Positions 1 through 7,964 of a DNA stretch of 38,685 nucleotides are shown here, in pieces. The first letter of the stretch is position 1. Every line of letters begins with the position of its first letter. The stretch lies in sequence record SRR20825019_282; one strand, given 5' to 3'. A program made the position numbers and the translations under genes. The notes under the pieces are model-generated. The model had not been told where the DNA came from, made no database searches, and worked only from the letters and a program-made list of their open reading frames with translations.

Positions 1-4
1 GGAA

Positions 5-197
5 TGTACGACCTCGTGGGACATCTCGTGTAATTTGACTTGCACGGAGGATGATGACCATGAATAGCGATGAAAGAGAGATCAGGCGCAAGCTTCGGGT
101 ACTTGAGAGAGCCGCTGGCCCGAACCGATCAGGCAACGGCATGATGGCTTTTCCGAGGGAAACTGATCAAAAATTCACGCATCACCGCTACGACTAG
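5..197 (+). mobile_element. Probable IS481-family remnant (left end plus truncated transposase N-terminus)
   Basis: TGT-starting sequence at 5, GGAGG at 46-50, ORF 51-197 beginning MMTMNSDEREIRRKLRVLERA. This resembles the N-terminus of IS481-type transposases, then diverges and stops after 48 aa. Confidence 0.5.
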
Positions 198-205
198 CTG
201 ATGCA

Positions 206-607
206 TCAATTCAGATTTGCCAGAAAATCTAGGATCGCGCAGTCGGGCATTTCGTTTCCCTGACAGTCTTTCGTAAGGCGGTCAAGTTGCGTACACAGCG
301 TCGCGAGCTTTTCCATCTTGCTTCTGGTTTCCTCTAGATGTTTGGTCGCCAGCTTTTTGACGTCAGCGCTTGACCTGTCTTGGTTCATGAAAAGGTCAAG
401 AAGCGCCCGGCTGTCTTCAACCGAGAACCCCAGATTGCGAGCATTCTTAATGATTCTGAGCGCCCGAAGGTCGGATGACCTGAATTGTCGAAAGCCGTTC
501 TCAGCCCTCAATGGAGCAACCAAACCAACATCTTCATAATAGCGGATCGTTTTTTCCGGCAGACCAACATATTCAGCGGCCTCACCAATTTTCACAAGGG
601 CGTCCAT
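206..607 (-). CDS. cueR: Cu(I)-responsive MerR-family regulator CueR
   Basis: MerR HTH (KIGEAA...TIRYYEDVGL), Ser at the start of the dimer helix (RSSADVK), C-terminal CQGNEMPDC loop. Start moved to ATG 607, which has GAAAGG upstream. Confidence 0.9.
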   Translation of the reverse strand: MDALVKIGEAAEYVGLPEKTIRYYEDVGLVAPLRAENGFRQFRSSDLRALRIIKNARNLGFSVEDSRALLDLFMNQDRSSADVKKLATKHLEETRSKMEKLATLCTQLDRLTKDCQGNEMPDCAILDFLANLN

Positions 608-631
608 GCCAATACCTTTCTCAAAAGCATT

Positions 632-648
632 GAACTCCTTGAACCCAC
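632..648 (+). repeat. 17-bp direct repeat, copy 1 (GAACTCCTTGAACCCAC)
   Basis: Identical to 1172-1188. Confidence 0.9.
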
Positions 649-703
649 AAACATAATACAATCAAATATTGTATCGGTTCAAATATATTTTCTGTGCGTA
701 TTC

Positions 704-745
704 TTGACAGAAATCAATTAGGTCCGGTTTCAGTTTGGATAACGT
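704..745 (+). promoter_or_regulatory. FNR/FixK-type box with class II promoter
   Basis: TTGAC-AGAA-ATCAA at 704-717 (consensus TTGAT-N4-ATCAA) and -10-like TAACGT at 740-745. This puts the box centre near -41.5 from a predicted TSS at about 752. Confidence 0.7.
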
Positions 746-766
746 ATCGGGAGAAAGGAATATCCC

Positions 767-1234
767 GTGAGGCGGTTCCAACATTTTCTTCGTATGCTTT
801 TGATCGGCGCGTTCATTATAGCGCCGATTGGGACGCGTGCGGCTGAAAATGACGCCGAAGTCATGACACAAGTAACCTGCCTGGATACATGGCAAGACGC
901 ATGGAGCATGATCTCTACGCAGGAAAAGTCAGCCTCTGAGGTCTTTTGTGACCATTTTATGGGAGCAAAAGATATTTTTGACAGTGGTGGTAAAACCTCA
1001 ATCCTTCATGTCGTTCCGCCATTTGTGATCGTCGCTATGACATTTGACTTTCCGTCCCCTCCGTCCGTAAAGACGGCTATTCCACGCCAGTATGTGCCAT
1101 ATTCTCTCCATCCCGAAGTGGCCCCACACCCCCCAAAGTATCTAGATTCAGCGGAAGCACACCCCGGTCTGGAACTCCTTGAACCCACCCGTTTTATCCG
1201 GGGTGTGTCCGCAAGCTACGCATTCACAATCTGA
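767..1234 (+). CDS. Secreted leader-type protein with late PEVAPHPPK motif (CutF/CruR-like uORF candidate)
   Basis: GTG start with AAGGA SD, signal-peptide-like N-terminus, Cys and CDH residues, HPPK at aa 121-124, first gene before the porin. Confidence 0.55.
   Translation: MRRFQHFLRMLLIGAFIIAPIGTRAAENDAEVMTQVTCLDTWQDAWSMISTQEKSASEVFCDHFMGAKDIFDSGGKTSILHVVPPFVIVAMTFDFPSPPSVKTAIPRQYVPYSLHPEVAPHPPKYLDSAEAHPGLELLEPTRFIRGVSASYAFTI
1151..1212 (+). promoter_or_regulatory. GC-rich RNA hairpin with repeat copy 2 (1172-1188) in its loop
   Basis: CACACCCCGG (1158-1167) pairs with CCGGGGTGTG (1198-1207), extended by GCGGA/TCCGC. Confidence 0.7.
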
Positions 1235-1260
1235 ACAATGTTCTTTTAGGGAGACTTGCT

Positions 1261-2592
1261 ATGAGGGCAATCTCACGCGGAGGCTTGGTTGTCTGCCTGC
1301 TATGCACGACAGCGCTGAGCCTTGGGGTACCGGCATACGCCGATGAAACACCCCAAACGAAGCTTCTAGAGCGGCTAAACGCCTTGGAAGCCGAAGTGAA
1401 ACAGCTGAAAGCCAAACTGACTGAAACCAGTCAAAGGGCCGAGCAGACAGACAAACGTGCTGAACGCGCGGAAAAACAGGCGAAAAAAGCTGTCGAAGTG
1501 GCTGACCCTGTCCGCCCCAATGCGTGGCATCTGGCAGGTTATGCCGATGTTGGCATTGAATTTAGTGATGGTGAGAATTCCGACACTTTCACAAGTGGAA
1601 AATTCAATCCTGCTTTTCACTTCCAGTATAAGGACCTTATCCTTTTTGAATCGGAATTTGAGGTCTCAACCAATAGCAATGGCGAGACTGACATGGTGCT
1701 AGAATATAGTCAGCTCGACTTTCTGCTGCATGACAATGCTGTGCTGGTTGCGGGAAAGTTCCTAAGCCCGGTTGGCCAGTTTCAAGAAAGATTGCACCCC
1801 AGCTGGATTAACCGGTCGGTCAATGCACCTGCGGGCTTCGGCCACGGTGGCATTCAGCCAATCAGCGAGGTGGGGCTGATGCTGCGTGGTGGTGTGCCGG
1901 TCGGCGAGCGCATGTTCACTTATTCGGTCGCGGTCGGGAATGGCCCTCGGGCTGGACATGGCGGTGTCGAAGTAGAGGGGTTTGGTCGCGATGACAATAG
2001 CAATAAAGCAATCAGTGGACGGCTGGCTTTCTTCCCATTTGACGATTTAGAAATTGGGGGATCGTTGCTTACTGCAAAGGTCGCACCTGAAGCAGAAGAA
2101 GGCGGTGATGATCACGATGAGGAACCTGTTGTCGACGATCATGATGAAGCTGATGAGCTATTCGAGGATCAGCCGCAGGGTGATTATAACCTATGGGGCT
2201 TTGATGCGGCCTACACAGGCGGCAACTGGGATATCCGCGCCGAATATCTGAATGCAGACCTCAAGAACTTCGGTGAAGCCGACGAAGACCATGGGGAACC
2301 AGAGCCTTTATCTTGGAAAGCTTGGTACGCACAAGCAGCATATCGATTGTCCGATATTTCAGATTCCCCTCTTATTCAACGACTGGAGCCGGTCGTGCGA
2401 TACGGCCAGTTTAAGGTCGCTGGTGATCATGAGCTTGAGGAAGAGACCAATGAGAAACGCTTCAATGTTGGCCTTAACTATTGGTTTTCACCTTCTGTCG
2501 TCGTGAAAACCGGCCTGGAGTTCCGCAATTATGAAGCAGAAGAGCGGGACGACGACACACGTCTGCAGTTCCAGTTGTCATACGGCTTCTAA
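1261..2592 (+). CDS. Outer-membrane beta-barrel porin with N-terminal coiled coil and acidic/His-rich loops
   Basis: Signal peptide, coiled coil (LLERLNALEAEVKQLKAKL), amphipathic strands, C-terminal QLSYGF BAM-type signal, loops EEGGDDHDEEPVVDDHDE and EADEDHGE. Confidence 0.85.
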   Translation: MRAISRGGLVVCLLCTTALSLGVPAYADETPQTKLLERLNALEAEVKQLKAKLTETSQRAEQTDKRAERAEKQAKKAVEVADPVRPNAWHLAGYADVGIEFSDGENSDTFTSGKFNPAFHFQYKDLILFESEFEVSTNSNGETDMVLEYSQLDFLLHDNAVLVAGKFLSPVGQFQERLHPSWINRSVNAPAGFGHGGIQPISEVGLMLRGGVPVGERMFTYSVAVGNGPRAGHGGVEVEGFGRDDNSNKAISGRLAFFPFDDLEIGGSLLTAKVAPEAEEGGDDHDEEPVVDDHDEADELFEDQPQGDYNLWGFDAAYTGGNWDIRAEYLNADLKNFGEADEDHGEPEPLSWKAWYAQAAYRLSDISDSPLIQRLEPVVRYGQFKVAGDHELEEETNEKRFNVGLNYWFSPSVVVKTGLEFRNYEAEERDDDTRLQFQLSYGF

Positions 2593-2610
2593 GGAAGAGG
2601 AGATATTCGA

Positions 2611-2904
2611 ATGTTGAAGAAAAATGAACTACTTCCGGTTGTCTTGTTCGCGGCTCTTGCGTCAGCGGTTGGCGTGGGAGCGGTTTTCGCGGATACATCG
2701 CCAGCGAAACCCGATCCTATGCAATTTGCTCGCGGTGCCAAGGCGTGGGCAGCCAACTGCGCTCGCTGTCACAATATGAAAAGCGCACAGGACAACTCCG
2801 ATGAAGAATGGCATGTGGATGTTACCCACATGCGGGTCCGGGCGAATATTCCTGGAGATGTTGCTAGGGATATCAAAGCCTTCCTTCAGGCCAGCAACAA
2901 GTAA
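2611..2904 (+). CDS. Small periplasmic monohaem cytochrome c
   Basis: Signal peptide, CARCH haem motif, distal HM candidate ligand, GAGGAG SD. Confidence 0.88.
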   Translation: MLKKNELLPVVLFAALASAVGVGAVFADTSPAKPDPMQFARGAKAWAANCARCHNMKSAQDNSDEEWHVDVTHMRVRANIPGDVARDIKAFLQASNK

Positions 2905-2914
2905 GGAGTGAAAG

Positions 2915-3253
2915 ATGAAAAGACAATACGTGATATCGCTGATTGCCATTTCGGCTTTCTCTGTTGCTGCGCAGGCCGCACCGCAAGACTTGGCCAATGG
3001 TAAAGAGAAATACGAAGAGACCTGTATCGCCTGCCATGGCGAGAATGGAAAGCCAACCATTCCTGGGTTGCCGGATTTTACATCGCGCACGGGACCTCTA
3101 AAAAAGGGTAACAGTGCGCTTTTCAAAAGTGTGATGGAAGGTGTTGATCGTCCGGGCGCGGACATGGCTATGCCCCCTCTAGGCGGCAATCCGGATCTGA
3201 CCGAGGACGATGTTCGTGACATCCTTTCCTACATGCGAAAGACCTTTCAGTAG
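2915..3253 (+). CDS. Class I (c5/c555-like) monohaem cytochrome c
   Basis: Signal peptide (AQA), CIACH, distal MAMPP Met ligand, AAGGAG SD. Confidence 0.9.
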   Translation: MKRQYVISLIAISAFSVAAQAAPQDLANGKEKYEETCIACHGENGKPTIPGLPDFTSRTGPLKKGNSALFKSVMEGVDRPGADMAMPPLGGNPDLTEDDVRDILSYMRKTFQ

Positions 3254-3267
3254 CAAAGGCCAATGAA

Positions 3268-3295
3268 AAATGCCCGCCTTATAGGGCGGGCATTT
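3268..3295. terminator. Bidirectional intrinsic terminator
   Basis: AAATGCCCGCC-ttatag-GGCGGGCATTT between convergent operons. Confidence 0.85.
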
Positions 3296-3322
3296 AAATA
3301 TGATCACTGCGAGTTGCTGAGA

Positions 3323-3673
3323 TCAGTGCATCATCGTTTTCGTGACCCTAAAGATTCCATCTTCGCCACGCGCCAGGGCCATCATGACTTCCTGTCCTGG
3401 ATCCAGCGAGGCTATATCGATGTCGTCAGCTACTTTCATATCCATGGTCATGGCTGGCCAATGAAGTTTTTTGATAGGGCCGTGACTGACATTGAGCGTC
3501 CTTTCTGCGATATTCACGCTATTGACCTTGGCATGGACCATAACCTCCTCCATATCGCCATGCGGGGCCTGGTGGCTTTTATGCTTGTGATCATCCTCGC
3601 TGGCGTGGGCTACCAGCGAACTCAATCCAATAATAGTGAGGGCCATTAAAGGCGCTTTTAATATCTTTCTCAT
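3323..3673 (-). CDS. cusF: CusF-family periplasmic Cu(I)/Ag(I) chaperone
   Basis: Signal peptide, His-rich N-terminus, HGPIKKLHWPAMTM with the H/W/M/M site. Confidence 0.88.
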   Translation of the reverse strand: MRKILKAPLMALTIIGLSSLVAHASEDDHKHKSHQAPHGDMEEVMVHAKVNSVNIAERTLNVSHGPIKKLHWPAMTMDMKVADDIDIASLDPGQEVMMALARGEDGIFRVTKTMMH

Positions 3674-3700
3674 GACAACTCCTTTGACACTGACTTGCTA

Positions 3701-4777
3701 TTATTTTTGATCAGAAATCGGGCGGGAGGACCAATGGGCGTGTACCACTTTCCATCCGTCAGGCCCTTCAGAGATGCCTAGCGTCTCGATGCTGTTGAAG
3801 CGGTGTTGCTGGCCTTTATTTTCAATGGTGAGAATAGAGGACGTTGTTACAATTGCGAGATCTTCCCCACCGATGACGTTTTGACTTATGACCTGCCGGT
3901 CAGCGGACTTCAACATCGGTAGTTCGGGTTTCAAGTGGTGTTCCAGATAGCCCTTGAGCGACGCTTCTTTTTTGCCGTTCTCGAATACGGTGGCGTCGGG
4001 TGCAAAGCTGCTGGCCACCCTGTCAAAGTCCCCACTGAATAAGGCTTGCTGGAACAGTGTTACGAAGCCAAGAGCGGACGTTTCCCGCGACGTTTGGGTG
4101 TCGTGTTGATGCACGTCAGCCTCGTCGCTATGCATTTCTGTGTCTGCCATCTGGGCGGGATTGTCGCCCGCGTAGCCGCCGTCCCCATGGCTATGGCCGA
4201 CATCCTTATCTTCCTGCACGGCTTCGAGACCTTTATCATGTGAATGACCACTATCGTGATGATCTTCATCTTCGGTGCTTTCCTGGCCTTCGTGGTCGTG
4301 TGACGCGTTGCCGCCATGATCGTGACCTTCACCACTTGTGTCAGGCAGGCGCATGACGCCCAAGCCGTGGCGGTATACAAGCTCTGCCCCCAAATAGCCG
4401 GTCACGCCTACAAGACTTGTGAGCGCCAGACTGGCCGCGATGATAGCGCTTGAGATAGCCTTCGACTTGTAGACCCATACCGCAACCAAGATTATCGCGA
4501 CTGCCGTCCCTAGCGCCCAGGCCCGATGGACCTTCATCACCTTGTGCGCAATATCGTCATGGACGACACTGTTGAAGGCCTGTATGCCAGCCAACACAGT
4601 TAAGACAGTGATGGTTGCGCCCAGCCACAGGGTCCATTTCCCGGCAGTTTCGAATATCGTGACATGCTTCTTCTGTACGAGTTTCGACAAAACAAGAAAC
4701 AGTGCCGAGCTTACGGTCAAGCCCACCGTGAAATGGACCAGCAACGGGTGCCAATTGGGAATAATTAGATCAGTCAT
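3701..4777 (-). CDS. DUF2231-like membrane domain, His-rich linker and NTF2/SnoaL-like domain fusion
   Basis: N-terminal HPLLVHF with 4 TM helices and GYLGAELVYRHG, a His/Asp-rich linker, and a C-terminal WKVVHAHWSSR. Confidence 0.8.
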   Translation of the reverse strand: MTDLIIPNWHPLLVHFTVGLTVSSALFLVLSKLVQKKHVTIFETAGKWTLWLGATITVLTVLAGIQAFNSVVHDDIAHKVMKVHRAWALGTAVAIILVAVWVYKSKAISSAIIAASLALTSLVGVTGYLGAELVYRHGLGVMRLPDTSGEGHDHGGNASHDHEGQESTEDEDHHDSGHSHDKGLEAVQEDKDVGHSHGDGGYAGDNPAQMADTEMHSDEADVHQHDTQTSRETSALGFVTLFQQALFSGDFDRVASSFAPDATVFENGKKEASLKGYLEHHLKPELPMLKSADRQVISQNVIGGEDLAIVTTSSILTIENKGQQHRFNSIETLGISEGPDGWKVVHAHWSSRPISDQK

Positions 4778-7700
4778 TTTCGCCTCCCTGTACTGAGTTG
4801 GATGTGATGGATGCCTGTTTGGATAGCTGTTTCACTTCACGCCCCTTCCACAGGAGATACATGGCAGGGATTACCAGAAGCGTGAGGATGGTGGCGCTGA
4901 CCATGCCGCCCACCATCGGGGCCGCAATCCGGCGCATAACTTCTGACCCGGTGCCGGAGCCGAGCATGATGGGCAACAGACCCGCGATGATGACAGCTAC
5001 GGTCATCATGATCGGTCGAACCCGCATAAGGGCACCCTGGACAACTGCGTTTGTCAAATCTGCAACGACCAGTGGCCGCCCTTCGTTTTCGGCGTTGGAT
5101 TTGGCCTTTTCCCAAGCCTGATTGAGATAAACGATCATCAAGACGCCGATCTCTACCGCGACACCTGCAAGGGCGATAAAGCCCACGCCCACGGCGACGG
5201 ACAGGTTATAGCCCAAAAGATACAACAGCCAGATGCCACCGACGAGTGAAAGCGGCAGTGTGCCCATGATGATCAGAACCGACGTCAGGTTCTGGAAATT
5301 AATGAACAATAGAAGCAGGATGATGATCAGTGTGACGGGGACCACCACACTCAGTTTCGCCTTCGCCCGTTCCATATATTCATATTGGCCGGACCATGCG
5401 ATCGAATAGCCCGCGGGCAGATCGACCTTTTCCCGGACCACCTTTTGCGCTTCTTTCACATAAGAACCGATATCGACACCAGCGATATCCACGTAAATCC
5501 AGCCGTTCAGACGGGCATTTTCGGACCGAATGACGCCAGGGCCACCAGAGACACTGATCGTGGCAACCTGCCCAAGCGGTATGTGTTCTCCCATCGGAGT
5601 AATGATCGGTAGGGCGCGCAAGCGGTCAAGTGAGTCCCGGTATTCTCGTGGATAGCGCAAGTTGATGGGGTAGCGCTCCAGCCCTTCAATGCTTTCCGTC
5701 ACCGACATGCCGCCAATAGCGGTGCGGATCACTTCCTGCACATCCGCGATATTGAGGCCATAGCGTGCGGCTTTCACGCGGTCGATGTCAGCGTTGACAT
5801 AGCGTCCGCCAGTGACACGTTCAGCATAGACGGATGCGGTGCCAGGCACATTTTTCATCACCGCTTCAATCCGTTGCCCAACTTCGCTAATCACATTCAG
5901 GTCAGGTCCTGCTACCTTGATCCCCACGGGGGTTTTGATGCCTGTTGCCAGCATGTCGATCCGGTTCTTGATCGGCATAATCCATACATTCGTGAGGCTT
6001 GGGACTTGAACGAGGCTATTCAGTTCGGCCTTCAGCTTTTCAGTCGTCATCCCTTCGCGCCACTCGCTTCTGGGCTTCAGTTTGATGGTGGTCTCAATCA
6101 TTGTGAGCGGCGCCGGGTCGGTGGCTGTTTCAGCGCGTCCCGCCTTGCCATACACTGCCTCCACTTCAGGGACCGACTTAATCAGTTTATTTGTCTGCTG
6201 GACAATTTGCGCGACCTTCCCTGCTGAAACAGCAGGGAAAGCGCTGGGCATATACAGAAGATCGCCTTCATCGAGGTCCGGCATAAACTCGCCACCGATA
6301 TGGCTGAGCGGATACCAAGCGCTGATCATGATGACGAGTGTTACCATCACCATACTTTTCGGGAACTTCAACACCATACCGATAAAAGGGCGATAGGCAG
6401 CGATCAGCCCCCGGTTGATGGGGTTTTTGTGTTCGGGCAAGATCTTGCCGCGAATGAAATACCCCATCAGAACAGGTACCAAGGTGACCGATAAGGCGGC
6501 CGCTGCGGCCATGGCATAGGTCTTGGTGAAAGCCAGTGGATGGAAAAGCCGACCCTCTTGTGCTTCGAGCGCGAAGATCGGCACGAAACTAAAAGTGATG
6601 ATCAGGAGCGAGAAAAAGAGTGGAGGCCCAACCTCTACCGCGGTTTTGGTGACAACCTCCCAGCGGTTCGCGCTGGTTACTTCTTCTTCCTCCATATGCT
6701 TGTGGAAGTTTTCGATCATCACAATGGTGGCGTCCACCATGGCGCCGATGGCGATTGCGATGCCCCCGAGCGACATGATGTTTGCGTTGATACCTTGAGC
6801 GTTCATCACAATAATCGCCGCAAGAATGCCAACAGGGAGACTGAGCACGACAACAAGCGCAGAGCGCAAGTGGAAAAGGAATACAGCGCACACAAGCGCG
6901 ACGACTATGAATTCTTCGATGAGCTTTTCATTCAGCGTGTCGACAGCCCGCTCAATCAGCGACGAACGGTCGTAGGTTTCTACAACCTCCACACCTTCTG
7001 GCAGGCTGTCCTTGAGGAGCTCCAGTTTCTCTTTTACACGGTCAATGGTGGCCAGCGCGTTTTCGCCCCAGCGCATGATGATCACGCCACCTACGGCTTC
7101 ACCCTCACCATTTAGCTCTCCAATGCCGCGACGGAGTTCTGGCCCCATGCGAATGTCCGCTACTTCCCTAAGTAGAATTGGGGTGCCATTGGCGGTCTGA
7201 CCTACAGGAATGGTCTCCAGGTCCTTGATGTTGCCAATATAACCCGAGGCACGGACCATATATTCGGCTTCCGCCATCTCGATCACGCGGCCACCAGTTT
7301 CCTGATTGCCGCGCTTGATGGCCTGTTTGACCATGTGAAGCGGGATATCATAGGCACGCAGGCGGTTCGGGTTTACCACTACCTGATATTGCTTGACCAT
7401 GCCGCCGATGGTGGCAACCTCTGAGACACCTGCCACCGTCTGCAACTCATATTTGAGGAACCAGTCCTGAATGCTCCTGAGTTCGGCAAGGTCATGTTGT
7501 CCAGTGCGATCCACCAGGGCATATTGGTACACCCAGCCAACACCCGTTGCGTCCGGGCCAAGGGCGGTTCTCGTGCCTTCAGGCAATGTGGGAGCAACCT
7601 GGCTGAGATATTCAAGAACGCGTGACCGTGCCCAATAGAGGTCGGTACCATCTTCAAAAATAATATAGACATAACTGTCGTTGAAGAAACTGTAGCCGCG

Positions 7701-7946
7701 CACGGTTACCGCACCAGGGACAGACAGCATGGCAGTGGTCAGCGGATAGGTGACCTGGTCTTCAATCACCTGTGGGGCCTGGCCCGCATAGGTGGTTTTG
7801 ACGATTACCTGTACGTCAGAAAGGTCGGGGATGGCGTCAAGTGGCGTCTTCGACAGCGAATAGGCACCCCAACCGGTGAAAAGAAGTGTCAGGATCACAA
7901 CCAGAAAACGGTTCTGAACCGACCAGCGAATAAGATTGGCTATCAT
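4770..7946 (-). CDS. cusA: CusA/SilA-type Cu(I)/Ag(I) HME-RND efflux transporter
   Basis: 1058 aa RND, DAIPDLSDVQVIV, Met triad contexts LLYMP, PLTMIET and RIDML. Confidence 0.96.
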   Translation of the reverse strand: MIANLIRWSVQNRFLVVILTLLFTGWGAYSLSKTPLDAIPDLSDVQVIVKTTYAGQAPQVIEDQVTYPLTTAMLSVPGAVTVRGYSFFNDSYVYIIFEDGTDLYWARSRVLEYLSQVAPTLPEGTRTALGPDATGVGWVYQYALVDRTGQHDLAELRSIQDWFLKYELQTVAGVSEVATIGGMVKQYQVVVNPNRLRAYDIPLHMVKQAIKRGNQETGGRVIEMAEAEYMVRASGYIGNIKDLETIPVGQTANGTPILLREVADIRMGPELRRGIGELNGEGEAVGGVIIMRWGENALATIDRVKEKLELLKDSLPEGVEVVETYDRSSLIERAVDTLNEKLIEEFIVVALVCAVFLFHLRSALVVVLSLPVGILAAIIVMNAQGINANIMSLGGIAIAIGAMVDATIVMIENFHKHMEEEEVTSANRWEVVTKTAVEVGPPLFFSLLIITFSFVPIFALEAQEGRLFHPLAFTKTYAMAAAAALSVTLVPVLMGYFIRGKILPEHKNPINRGLIAAYRPFIGMVLKFPKSMVMVTLVIMISAWYPLSHIGGEFMPDLDEGDLLYMPSAFPAVSAGKVAQIVQQTNKLIKSVPEVEAVYGKAGRAETATDPAPLTMIETTIKLKPRSEWREGMTTEKLKAELNSLVQVPSLTNVWIMPIKNRIDMLATGIKTPVGIKVAGPDLNVISEVGQRIEAVMKNVPGTASVYAERVTGGRYVNADIDRVKAARYGLNIADVQEVIRTAIGGMSVTESIEGLERYPINLRYPREYRDSLDRLRALPIITPMGEHIPLGQVATISVSGGPGVIRSENARLNGWIYVDIAGVDIGSYVKEAQKVVREKVDLPAGYSIAWSGQYEYMERAKAKLSVVVPVTLIIILLLLFINFQNLTSVLIIMGTLPLSLVGGIWLLYLLGYNLSVAVGVGFIALAGVAVEIGVLMIVYLNQAWEKAKSNAENEGRPLVVADLTNAVVQGALMRVRPIMMTVAVIIAGLLPIMLGSGTGSEVMRRIAAPMVGGMVSATILTLLVIPAMYLLWKGREVKQLSKQASITSNSVQGGEND

Positions 7947-7964
7947 GGGTTCAAACTCCGTCTT

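Noticed and set aside
3263-3649. 128-aa His-rich plus-strand ORF after the cytochromes
   Set aside because: Starts at the terminator hairpin and is antisense to cusF; its His residues mirror Met codons.
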